From Candidatus Binatia bacterium (GTDB lineage Bacteria; Desulfobacterota; Binatia; Bin18), in NCBI GenBank assembly GCA_963666315.2, contig CAXXHG010000043.1:192001-256000 (forward strand): DNA of 64,000 nucleotides, given 5' to 3'. Shown here in pieces: positions 39,891 through 48,738 of the stretch (within the stretch, counting starts at the first letter, position 1; every line of letters starts with the position of its first letter). The notes under the pieces are model-generated. The model was given only the letters and a program-made list of their open reading frames with translations, ran no database searches and was not told the origin of the DNA. The translations under genes were made by a program, and so were the position numbers.

Positions 39891-42263
39891 TTACTCTTGC
39901 GCTTGTGGCTGCGCCGCCTGAATCAGCTTCCAGATCCGTTCCGGCGTGAGCGGTAGCTCGGTGATTTTGACCCCCAGGGGCTGCAAGGCGTCTTCCAGCG
40001 CATTGGCGATTGCAGCCGGAGCCATGCCAGGCGTGCCTTCGCCTTTTCCTTTTGAGCCTAAGGGTGTGTGAGGCGAGGGCACATTGTGTTCAATCGTCTC
40101 GATGTGTGGCAAATCGAGAGATGACGGAATGTGATAATCCAACAGTGTCGTTGTGAGCTGCTGCCCATTCTCATCGTAGATGAATTCCTCCATACAGGTA
40201 TTCCCGATGCCCATCGCCACACCGCCGTGGATCTGTCCACGTACGATCATGGGATTGATCGGCTGACCGCAATCATCCACAGCCACGTAACGCAAAATTT
40301 TATATTCACCCGTGTCTGGAAAAACCTCTACCTGGACGGCGTGCACATTACAGCTATGCATGCCGGCTGTCTCCGCTTCAAAGTGAGAAGTATGTTCGAG
40401 ACCGGCCTCCATGCCGGGAGGGAGTTCAGTCGGAGAGAGGAGGGCGACCTCCGCAATTCTTGCTATCGCTACTCGTTGGGTTTCGTCTTGTATCAAAACG
40501 GCGTGTCCATCCCGAAAGACAAAATCGTTCTCGCCGGCTTCGATATTGAGCAGGTGAGCCGCAATATTAGCCATCTTAGGTCTGAGCGCTCGTGCTGCCA
40601 GAACGGCCGCACTCAGCGTGTATGAGGCTCCACGTGAGCCTATTGTACCGGCGGAAAAGGGTCCGGCATGGGTGTCGCCGTAGGTCACGTAAATATCTTC
40701 CGGCGAGAGTCCCAGTTCACCAGAGACCACTTGAGCAATCGTGGTTTCATGGCCCTGGCCGTGGGGTGAATCACCTTCGGCTACCTGGACTTTCCCGTGC
40801 GCATCAAATTGGACGGTGGCAACGCCAAAGCCGGGCTGGCGTTCCATGGGTACCAGGACTTCTGAAGGCACGCCGGAAATTTCGACACCCATGCTGAAGC
40901 CCACGCCGAGATAGCGGCCGTTTTGCCAGGCCTCGGATTGTTTTGTACGAAAATTGCCGTAATCGAGCGCGTCACAGGCTTTGCTAAACGAACCTGGGAA
41001 GTCGCCCGAGTCTACGTTCACCCCAACGGCGGACACATGCGGGAAGGTTTTAATCGCGTTTTTGAGTCGGATTTCGACCGGATCCATCTTCAAGGCACGC
41101 GCCGCGAGGTCGACGGCCCGATCAAGCGCAAAGCGGCCGGCAAATGAACCGAAAGCACGACTTGGGGTGAGACTGGCTTTATTCGTGACGACGCAGGTCA
41201 GGTCAATATCAACATTGGGGATGTCGTAGCCATTGATAAGATACATCGCACCCAAGAACGGCATGGCAAAGCCGACATAGATGGCGGTCCGGGCGTCGCC
41301 GCAATCAGCCAGAATCTTATCCCGCAGACCAATAATGGTGCCGTCTTTCTTGAGGGCGAGCTCGATCTGATGAATCTGGTCCCGGCCCTGTCCGATGTTC
41401 ATCAGACACTCTTGGCGATTCTCGACCCATTTGACCGGACGGCGGAGTTTCATCGCCAGGTGACATGCAAGCAGTTCCTCGCGGTACAGGGGCGCTTTTG
41501 TTCCAAACGCACCGCCCATGTCTTTGGGCATGATGACACGCATCTGGCTGTGCGGAATTTTGAGATATTCTGCTAACAGGTGGCGTTTAATATGGGGTCG
41601 TTGGGTCGTCAGCCACAGGGTCAAGCCTTCGCCGGGCTTATAGATAGCCAGACAGCCACGGGTTTCCATAGGCTGGCCGCCTGTTCGATGACAGCGAAAG
41701 CGTTCACTGATGACAAGATCCGCCTGGGCAAAGGCAGCGTCAGGATCGCCGGCGGGAATATGCTGATGATACAGGACGTTATCACCCCACTCGGGGTAGA
41801 GGAGCGGCGCATCCGGCTGAAGCGCCCGCTCCGGGTCGATCACAACGTCGAGCGGATCGTAGTCGACATCAACCAGCTCAAGCGCATCTTCGAGTGTGTA
41901 TTTGTCGCGCGCCACAACCACGGCGAGCGGATCACCCACATACTTCACCTCGTCTATCGACAGCGGCCAGAATATAGGCCGTTTGGTTACACCCGGCAGA
42001 TTCGGCGTATTCATATCCGACAGCACCGGACCGAGGTGCCGGACGTCCTCTCCAGTCAATACCGCCTGCACGCCGGGTTGCGCAGCAGCTTGGGCGGTGT
42101 TGATCTTGGTAATTTTTGCGTGGGCGTAGATACTGCGGACCAAGCCCATCATAACCATACGCGGCAGGACAATATCAGCCAGATACTGCCCCTCACCAAC
42201 CAGCAAACGGCGGTCTTCTTTACGTTTAATAGATCGGCCGACCCAGGGGTTTGTTGTTGTCAT
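39891..42263 (-). CDS. Xanthine dehydrogenase/CoxL-family molybdoprotein large subunit
   Basis: KRKEDRRLL, PMETRG, GGAFG, HGQGHET, QIHGG, SKGKGE. Confidence 0.93.
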   Translation of the reverse strand: MTTTNPWVGRSIKRKEDRRLLVGEGQYLADIVLPRMVMMGLVRSIYAHAKITKINTAQAAAQPGVQAVLTGEDVRHLGPVLSDMNTPNLPGVTKRPIFWPLSIDEVKYVGDPLAVVVARDKYTLEDALELVDVDYDPLDVVIDPERALQPDAPLLYPEWGDNVLYHQHIPAGDPDAAFAQADLVISERFRCHRTGGQPMETRGCLAIYKPGEGLTLWLTTQRPHIKRHLLAEYLKIPHSQMRVIMPKDMGGAFGTKAPLYREELLACHLAMKLRRPVKWVENRQECLMNIGQGRDQIHQIELALKKDGTIIGLRDKILADCGDARTAIYVGFAMPFLGAMYLINGYDIPNVDIDLTCVVTNKASLTPSRAFGSFAGRFALDRAVDLAARALKMDPVEIRLKNAIKTFPHVSAVGVNVDSGDFPGSFSKACDALDYGNFRTKQSEAWQNGRYLGVGFSMGVEISGVPSEVLVPMERQPGFGVATVQFDAHGKVQVAEGDSPHGQGHETTIAQVVSGELGLSPEDIYVTYGDTHAGPFSAGTIGSRGASYTLSAAVLAARALRPKMANIAAHLLNIEAGENDFVFRDGHAVLIQDETQRVAIARIAEVALLSPTELPPGMEAGLEHTSHFEAETAGMHSCNVHAVQVEVFPDTGEYKILRYVAVDDCGQPINPMIVRGQIHGGVAMGIGNTCMEEFIYDENGQQLTTTLLDYHIPSSLDLPHIETIEHNVPSPHTPLGSKGKGEGTPGMAPAAIANALEDALQPLGVKITELPLTPERIWKLIQAAQPQAQE

Positions 42264-42285
42264 GGGCTGCTCCGTATTTCGCCAG

Positions 42286-42792
42286 CTAGACTGGAAACCA
42301 TTCTTTACGTTCTTCCGGCGGCATGCCCTCAACTGCAGCAATCGCGTGCTTGACCGCTTCAACGATGTGGACATAGCCCGTACAGCGACAAATGACACCG
42401 GACATCGCCGTCCGGATGTCTTTGTCCGAGTGTTTAGGATGCTGCAGAAATTCGTATAAGGTCATGAGCAAACCAGGCGTACAAAACCCGCACTGCAGCC
42501 CATGCTTTTCCCAAAAACCGTCTTGAATCGGATGCAGGACATCGTCTTGAGCCAGGCCCTCAATCGTCAGAATCTTTGCCCCATCCGCCTGAACCGCCAG
42601 CATGAGACACGCCTTGACAGCTTTGGCGTCGAGGATGACGGTGCAGGCTCCGCAGCGACCTTCGACCGAGCAGCCAACGTGGGTACCGGTCAATCCCGCT
42701 ACCTCACGAATAAAATCAACCAGCAGCAAACGATAGTCGACGGCCTCCTCATAGGCTTCACCGTTGATGGTAATACTGATCTCTCGCTTCAT
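42286..42792 (-). CDS. (2Fe-2S) small subunit, CoxS-like
   Basis: GCSVEGRCGAC, QCGFCTPG, CRCTGY. Confidence 0.95.
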   Translation of the reverse strand: MKREISITINGEAYEEAVDYRLLLVDFIREVAGLTGTHVGCSVEGRCGACTVILDAKAVKACLMLAVQADGAKILTIEGLAQDDVLHPIQDGFWEKHGLQCGFCTPGLLMTLYEFLQHPKHSDKDIRTAMSGVICRCTGYVHIVEAVKHAIAAVEGMPPEERKEWFPV

Positions 42793-43673
42793 GCTGACCT
42801 CTTTTCTGCTCGGGCTAGGGCGTGGCGTATTACGGTTGGAACACTGACTCGGATGAGTTGCGTCCGATATATTGCCGAAGCACGTACGTCATCGTCGGTC
42901 TCCACTTCCTGTGCCGCTGCTTCTCCCGCTTGTGTGAGCAGCGCGTCATCAAGTTTCTTACCCTGCAAGAGAGCTGAGACCTGGTTTACCCGACAGGGTT
43001 TAGGCATTACGCCGCCAATAACGATAGCCGCCTGTAGGCACCTACCAGCAGAGTCGAGCGTCACCTGCGCAGCCACGCTGATAATGGCAAAGTCACCGGC
43101 TACCTGGCTATGTTTGGCATACGCGCCGCCTGAGGAAGCCGCTGGAGTTGGAATTTCGATCCGAGTGACAAGTTCATCTTGTGCGATATTACTCATCAAC
43201 GGACCAGCCACGAAGTCGTCGGCTGAGACTGTTCGCGTACTCCCATCTGCTTTGGCAACCACCAGCCGGCCGTCTAAGAGTATAACAGCAGGCGGATAAT
43301 CGGCTGCAGGATCGGCGTGCACCAGACTGCCGGCTATGGTGCCTCGGTTTCGAATTTGTGGATCGCCGATATTTCTAGCTGCGTCAGCCAAAAGTGTGTA
43401 GGGTTGCTGCATAAGCGGGTGGACGGCGATATCCGCATGACGCGCCAGAGCACCGAGGTGTAAGCAACCGTCCTTCTCTTCGATGTCGCTCAGACCGGCA
43501 ACATGGTTCAGATCGATGATAGCTTGCGGCTCAGCCAAACGCAGTTTCATGAGGGGCATCAAGCTCTGACCGCCCGCCAGTAATTTGGCGTGCTCCCCAT
43601 GCTGTTGGAGGAGAGCCAAGACCTCACTGACCTGGGTTGGCGCGAAGTAGCTTTCGATCGCTTTAGGGTACAT
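42789..43673 (-). CDS. FAD-binding medium subunit, CoxM-like
   Basis: LAGGQSLMP, IRNRGTIAGSLVHADPAAD. Confidence 0.95.
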   Translation of the reverse strand: MYPKAIESYFAPTQVSEVLALLQQHGEHAKLLAGGQSLMPLMKLRLAEPQAIIDLNHVAGLSDIEEKDGCLHLGALARHADIAVHPLMQQPYTLLADAARNIGDPQIRNRGTIAGSLVHADPAADYPPAVILLDGRLVVAKADGSTRTVSADDFVAGPLMSNIAQDELVTRIEIPTPAASSGGAYAKHSQVAGDFAIISVAAQVTLDSAGRCLQAAIVIGGVMPKPCRVNQVSALLQGKKLDDALLTQAGEAAAQEVETDDDVRASAIYRTQLIRVSVPTVIRHALARAEKRSA

Positions 43674-43804
43674 GCGGATCCTTCTCCTTATACCGGTCCT
43701 TTACTGCTGCTTCACCGTGCTGCGTAGCAGACCGTGGCCGGAAGTCAAGAAAAGAGACCCAACCTCTGCGCGGCTGGACCATTCTCTGCTAAGGGCAACA
43801 CACT

Positions 43805-44404
43805 ATGCTGGACTCATATGCAAGCCGGGCAGGGTGGCTGGATTCTGTTCTGAACACGCTGTCCCAAGCGGTCATACGCGCGGGTATTAAGGCCAATGCC
43901 TTGACGTATTTTGCCGTGGCAAGCGGCGTGAGTGCAGGAGGATGCTTCTACGTCCACATGCCCGGATTGGCCGTATTCTTTCTTGTCCTGTCCGGACTGG
44001 CGGACGGCATCGACGGCAGAGTCGCCCGTTTAGGCACCGGCTCGACACCCTGGGGTGGAGTGCTCGATCTGGTGTGTGATCGGATAGTTGAGGCTGCCGT
44101 CTTACTCGGCATCGCCCTGCCATACTCACATTTGCATGCGCCGGCGTTGGTGCTTGCCGCAACGTGGTATGTGAACCTATGTGTTTTTATGGCCGTTGGT
44201 GCGGTGAGCGAGCAGCAACGGGTCAAGGCGATTGTCTATTCGCCTGGCTTGGTTGAACGCGGTGAGGGACTCTTTTTCGCGGCTTTTGCCGGCTTCTCGC
44301 CACAGTGGGCTGCAGCAGCGGCATATGTGTATGCGGCCTTAGAAGTGATTACGGCAATACAACGATTTGTGGCTGGCAGGCAGGAATTGCGCGCGTTAGT
44401 ATAA
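43805..44404 (+). CDS. CDP-alcohol phosphatidyltransferase family protein
   Basis: DGIDGRVAR...GGVLDLVCD signature. Confidence 0.9.
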   Translation: MLDSYASRAGWLDSVLNTLSQAVIRAGIKANALTYFAVASGVSAGGCFYVHMPGLAVFFLVLSGLADGIDGRVARLGTGSTPWGGVLDLVCDRIVEAAVLLGIALPYSHLHAPALVLAATWYVNLCVFMAVGAVSEQQRVKAIVYSPGLVERGEGLFFAAFAGFSPQWAAAAAYVYAALEVITAIQRFVAGRQELRALV

Positions 44405-44452
44405 AAATGGGGTAGGGGCATGGCGAGGGATTCGTACTTCGCCCCACGAATA

Positions 44453-45190
44453 TCATTGCACTGAATACGAAAGCAGCTCCGTCACACTCTTGACCGGCGT
44501 GCCTTCACCTTCGCTACTAATAGCTTTGATTAAGCCCACACCTCGGGCATACCACTCGGTGAAGTGGAGGTGGAATTCCGTTGTTTTGTGTCTGGGATCA
44601 GCAACGGTACTGATGGTCATGGTTTCTACTCGCAAACAGTTGTGGAATGTACCGGCGGGAACCTGAACCGCGACCGGATCGATCCACGCGCTGGCTGAGG
44701 CCGTGACATTCTGGCCGCCTTCGAGCGGCCAAGCATTGGTTTGGAACCGGATCTCCCAGCTACGTTCTCCAGTATAGGGTCTCGGCAGGATACGCTCGAC
44801 TCCTTCGCCAAGATTCGTATCCCAGACCTTGTCGCCCTCAGAATCAAGCCACGGATAGCGGAGCAGAAAACCCTCTTTTCGAAGGTAGGCAACCGTACTT
44901 TTCGCCTCGGGGGCCGTATCAGTTAAGGGTTCATATTCCTCAGCGACAACGAACCACGCGCCTTCAAGCAGAGGGAAATCATCGAGAATAACCGTTTCCG
45001 TCATATAGTAGTGATAGTCGCCGCCAGAGAACGTAACCTCATGCGTCCACGTATTGTCCACAGCCAGTGGGAAGAAGTCGTGATTTCCGGACGAAGACGC
45101 CGTCACAGACGAAGACGGCGGCATCAGGACACTGCTCAGCGAGCCGGCAATAAAGAGAGAAACCGCTATTGTGACTATGGAGCGTAGCAT
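44453..45190 (-). CDS. Exported hypothetical protein (VPAGTF-motif beta-rich family)
   Basis: Signal peptide, FFPLAVDNTWT, VPAGTFHNCLRV, EWYARGVGLIK. Confidence 0.7.
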   Translation of the reverse strand: MLRSIVTIAVSLFIAGSLSSVLMPPSSSVTASSSGNHDFFPLAVDNTWTHEVTFSGGDYHYYMTETVILDDFPLLEGAWFVVAEEYEPLTDTAPEAKSTVAYLRKEGFLLRYPWLDSEGDKVWDTNLGEGVERILPRPYTGERSWEIRFQTNAWPLEGGQNVTASASAWIDPVAVQVPAGTFHNCLRVETMTISTVADPRHKTTEFHLHFTEWYARGVGLIKAISSEGEGTPVKSVTELLSYSVQ

Positions 45191-45233
45191 GACACTCGGA
45201 CTGTACCCGCCATGTTTTTTTCATGCAATATTT

Positions 45234-45262
45234 TTCACACAGACGGCCGTGCCGTGTCTTAT
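45234..45262 (+). promoter_or_regulatory. Candidate ECF promoter TTCACACA-N12-GTGTCTTAT
   Basis: Ends 7 nt before an ATG that has no SD; the same motif with the same spacing occurs at 57576-57604. Confidence 0.5.
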
Positions 45263-45269
45263 ATAGAGT

Positions 45270-45827
45270 ATGACGCTTTCTGACCAACAACCCACAACTA
45301 AGAAGTATGATTTTCATGAAATCATAGATCGTCACCAAAGAGCAATCTATTGCTATCTCGTGCGTTGTACCGGTAATATCGACGATGCTCAGGAACTGTT
45401 CCAGGATACTTTTCTTCGCGCATATCGCGCCTACATCAGCCTTTCGCCCGATGCCAATCATCAGGCCTGGCTCTTTCGCATCGCAACCAATCTTGTCAAG
45501 AATTATATCCGCAGCCGTGAACGACGCAGAAAAGTCTTTGTGGATGGAGCAGCACCAGCCGCTTCACACAGCACGAGCTCCAATAGTTCCAATGCGGAAG
45601 ATGATCTCCAGTTACAAGAGACCGCCCATATTTTGCTGAAAGCACTCCAGGCTTTACCGTTCCGGCAAAGAACCGCTCTCATCCAACGCCAATTCGAAGG
45701 TTTAGACTACCGTCTGATCGCCGAAAATCTGGAGTGTTCACAAGACACTGCGCGGGCGCACGTTTATCAGGCACTGCGCAAGTTGCGCATACGCTGGCAC
45801 GAGATAATGAATGATGAAAACGGATGA
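45270..45827 (+). CDS. ECF sigma-70 factor
   Basis: Region 2 DAQELFQDTFLRAY...WLFRIATNL and region 4 LPFRQR...IAENLECSQDTARAHVYQALRKLR; no region 3. Confidence 0.93.
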   Translation: MTLSDQQPTTKKYDFHEIIDRHQRAIYCYLVRCTGNIDDAQELFQDTFLRAYRAYISLSPDANHQAWLFRIATNLVKNYIRSRERRRKVFVDGAAPAASHSTSSNSSNAEDDLQLQETAHILLKALQALPFRQRTALIQRQFEGLDYRLIAENLECSQDTARAHVYQALRKLRIRWHEIMNDENG

Positions 45828-45851
45828 ATACTGAACAAGAGAGGAGACGCC

Positions 45852-46850
45852 ATGCCTACCCAAAATCGTAGCACGAAGCGCAGCACGCTCTCATGTGGAT
45901 TTGCTGAAGACGACCTTATTGCTGAAGCGCTCGGGGAAACGTCTCAAGACGTTCATCAACAGGTACACAGCCATATCACGACCTGCCCTATCTGCGCCCG
46001 GCTTTTGGAACAATACCGGCAGTTACACACCCGGTTGCGCGCTGTGCCGGCTGCTGAGACAGGGCTCGCCTCAGCTCGCCGCGCCCTCGACACTAGCTTG
46101 GTCCTGACCAATCGTCCCCGTCTTTTGCTGAGCGTCTGGGATTCTCCTATCGGTCCCCTACGGATCGGTAGAACGGATAAGGGCGTAGCCTTGGTTGAGT
46201 TTGTTTCTCAGGATGATCCCAAAGACGCAACTGCAGCGCTCGAGAAGAACTTTGCTGTTGAGCAATCCGAGGGCAATATTTCTTCTCTGACCCACAAGCT
46301 CGAAGCGTATTTGAACGGCAAGCGACAAGCGCTTGACTGGGTTATTGATGACGTCCTCATGCGTAGTGATTTTCAGCGCCAAGTCCTCAAGGCCGCGAGT
46401 GAGATTCCGTATGGCACCCTGACGACGTATTTGGGTCTGGCCGAAAGAATCAGTCAGCCAAAAGCCGTCCGGGCGGTCGCCCAGGCGTTGCGCTACAACC
46501 CGGTTCCGATTCAGATTCCTTGTCACCGCATCATCGGCAGTAACGGCAGTCTGACGGGTTATGCAGGAAATCGGATTGCGCTCAAGAGAGATATTCTTGC
46601 TGTTGAAGGCATACCGGTCGTTCAATCAAAAACAGGCTTTGCCATCGCCCAAGACCGGCTCTATGTCGGTCGGCAACAGGACCACATATTTTGCCGACCG
46701 AGCTGTGAAACTTCGAAGGGAATTCGGGCGGGGGATCGTTTATTCATCGCTTCACATACACGAGCAGAAGAAATTGGCTACGCGCCATGTAATATCTGCC
46801 AGCCAGACCTTCATCCGTTACACAAAGAGGCAGAGCCCAGCTTGTTTTGA
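45852..46850 (+). CDS. Fusion protein: zinc anti-sigma (zf-HC2) + Ogt methylated-DNA-protein-cysteine methyltransferase + Ada Zn domain
   Basis: H41-x3-C-x2-C; SPIGPL, FQRQV, IPYG, RAVAQA, IPCHR (C224), TGYAG; C281-x3-C285-x27-C313-x2-C316. Confidence 0.88.
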   Translation: MPTQNRSTKRSTLSCGFAEDDLIAEALGETSQDVHQQVHSHITTCPICARLLEQYRQLHTRLRAVPAAETGLASARRALDTSLVLTNRPRLLLSVWDSPIGPLRIGRTDKGVALVEFVSQDDPKDATAALEKNFAVEQSEGNISSLTHKLEAYLNGKRQALDWVIDDVLMRSDFQRQVLKAASEIPYGTLTTYLGLAERISQPKAVRAVAQALRYNPVPIQIPCHRIIGSNGSLTGYAGNRIALKRDILAVEGIPVVQSKTGFAIAQDRLYVGRQQDHIFCRPSCETSKGIRAGDRLFIASHTRAEEIGYAPCNICQPDLHPLHKEAEPSLF

Positions 46851-46973
46851 TTATTTTGCACTGAGAAACCCATCTGCGCAATATTCGTGTCAGTCCCGTG
46901 CCAGTCTCAGGCCAATCCCGTGCAAATTTGCCTAGGCTTGTAGAAATACGCGCTTTTCTATACAGCCTCAATT

Positions 46974-47834
46974 ATGAAAGCGTTCCGTCCGCTCTTAGCG
47001 CTACTTGTAGCTCCGCTACTTGTAGCCCTCTTCACTAGTGCGGCCTGTGAGCGCCCACCTGACTCGACATCAAAACCGGTTCCCGCCGATCTTCAGCAGG
47101 CAATGACACTCCTTTCCCAGGGGTTGGAAGCCTTTGATACGGAAAAGGTCCTAGCCGTATATGCGGACGACTTCACCAGCGGGACTGGACGGTCCCAGCA
47201 AGGTATAGGAGAGGTTCTGAAGCGGCTTCGAGCCAGCAACGTCACGCTTGCGGTCGAGAAAGTTGACGTCAAAGCTGTAGATAACACCCAGGCAGAGATC
47301 ACAACCTATATGCGTCTGCGCTATAACGACCGTTTCCAGGATATTGGAGAGGGAGAGGTCGCCATCACAGATATCCTGTCCCATATGCTCCGCAAGACGG
47401 ATGGCCGGTGGGGAATCAACGCAGATAAACGGCTGGCCACCTACAGTGAGGGACGGTTCGGCGAGGGTTCGCCAAATGTGACAGTCGAGCTTCCAGACCA
47501 ACTCCCTACAGAGCTTGAGTATATTATAACTGTTTCAGTCCAACCTGAGCGCGCGACCTATTATCGTGTCTCTATTGGAAACTGTCCTGAAGATCCTGGC
47601 ATCCTCCCAACCCCGGATATCGTGACGATGCTGCCCGAGGAGGGGAAGCTAGAAGCACGCTTACTCCCCAATCCACAGGGCTTGAGCGAAATGGTTCGGG
47701 TGACGGTCATTGCCCAGGATTCCGTGGGCAGGCGACTGGGGGCTACGACTATATCCAAACTCGTTCCTGGCAAACAGCCTACGAGGCGACTCAAACAGCC
47801 GCCGCCATCACCTCAGGCCCAGCAGGGCGTGTAA
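46974..47834 (+). CDS. Lipoprotein with NTF2-like domain
   Basis: Lipobox (SAAC); DTEKVLAVYADDF...LRKTDGRWGI. Confidence 0.65.
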   Translation: MKAFRPLLALLVAPLLVALFTSAACERPPDSTSKPVPADLQQAMTLLSQGLEAFDTEKVLAVYADDFTSGTGRSQQGIGEVLKRLRASNVTLAVEKVDVKAVDNTQAEITTYMRLRYNDRFQDIGEGEVAITDILSHMLRKTDGRWGINADKRLATYSEGRFGEGSPNVTVELPDQLPTELEYIITVSVQPERATYYRVSIGNCPEDPGILPTPDIVTMLPEEGKLEARLLPNPQGLSEMVRVTVIAQDSVGRRLGATTISKLVPGKQPTRRLKQPPPSPQAQQGV

Positions 47835-47880
47835 TCAGAGAGGGCGGCGGAGTTCTATCAGGAGGGTTTAAGGACATTAC

Positions 47881-48300
47881 ATGTCAATAACAAAAAACAA
47901 GATCCTCGTCCGGCGTTATTTTGAAGAATGCCTCAACCGGGGCAAGCTCGAGACGATCGACGAGCTGATTTCTCCCACCTATGTCAGTCACTACCCCGCA
48001 GGTTATGACCTGGGCGGCGGCCCGGCAGATGTCAAACAGATCGTGGCTTCTGTTCGGAGAGGATTTTCCGATCTCCATTTCACCATAGAAGATTTCGTGG
48101 CCCAGGGTGAGAAGGTCGTGGCACGCTGGACGTTTCGCGGCACGCATGACGGCAATTTTATGGGTATTGCGCCCACAGGCAAGCAGGCCCAAGTCGCCGG
48201 GGTCGCCGTGTATCGGATCGCTGACGGTAAAATCGAAGAAGTCTGGCTGTCGTGGGACGTCTTTGGACTGCTAAAACAGCTTGACGCGCTCCCTTCGTAA
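47881..48300 (+). CDS. SnoaL-like ester cyclase
   Basis: NKILVRRYFEE, GTHDGNFMGIAPTGK, DGKIEEVW. Confidence 0.9.
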   Translation: MSITKNKILVRRYFEECLNRGKLETIDELISPTYVSHYPAGYDLGGGPADVKQIVASVRRGFSDLHFTIEDFVAQGEKVVARWTFRGTHDGNFMGIAPTGKQAQVAGVAVYRIADGKIEEVWLSWDVFGLLKQLDALPS

Positions 48301-48334
48301 GTGGAGATAAAAGAACCAAGCACTTCTGTGCCGT

Positions 48335-48700
48335 ATGGTCCATCCTACTCCACGTTTTTTCGCCCATGTGTACCGTTTAGTCGCGAGAGTCCCTAAGGGC
48401 AGGGTCGTCACGTATGGACAGGTGGCAGCAATTCTTGGCGCGCCTCGGGCGGCCCGCGCGGTTGGCACGGCCCTGCGACATCTGCCCCGCCCACTCTCGA
48501 AGAAGGTCCCTTGGCAACGGGTCATTAATGCCTCGGGTGGGATCAGTGCGCGCGGCGATGTTCTCCGTGCGGAGGAACAGCGCTGGATGCTTGAGGAAGA
48601 GGGAATTACATTTAGCCGGGGTGGAAAAATCGATCTTGAGCAAGATCGCTGGTCTGGTCCGAAGAATTGGAAGGTGCCGCGGTGGAAAACAAAACTGTAG
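48335..48700 (+). CDS. Alkyltransferase-like (ATL) protein
   Basis: VPKGRVVTYGQVA, ARAVG, PWQRVIN (Trp replaces the catalytic Cys), LEEEGI. Confidence 0.9.
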   Translation: MVHPTPRFFAHVYRLVARVPKGRVVTYGQVAAILGAPRAARAVGTALRHLPRPLSKKVPWQRVINASGGISARGDVLRAEEQRWMLEEEGITFSRGGKIDLEQDRWSGPKNWKVPRWKTKL

Positions 48701-48706
48701 CGGCCA

Positions 48707-48732
48707 CAGGGACGCACGGCCGTGCGTCCCTG
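48707..48732. repeat. REP-like perfect palindrome
   Basis: CAGGGACGCACGG/CCGTGCGTCCCTG between convergent genes. Confidence 0.75.
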
Positions 48733-48738
48733 GAGGAT

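Noticed and set aside
48313-48335. GAAC-N15-CGTA as an ECF promoter for the ATL gene
   Set aside because: The -10 element would overlap the start codon, and it does not match the motif at 45234.
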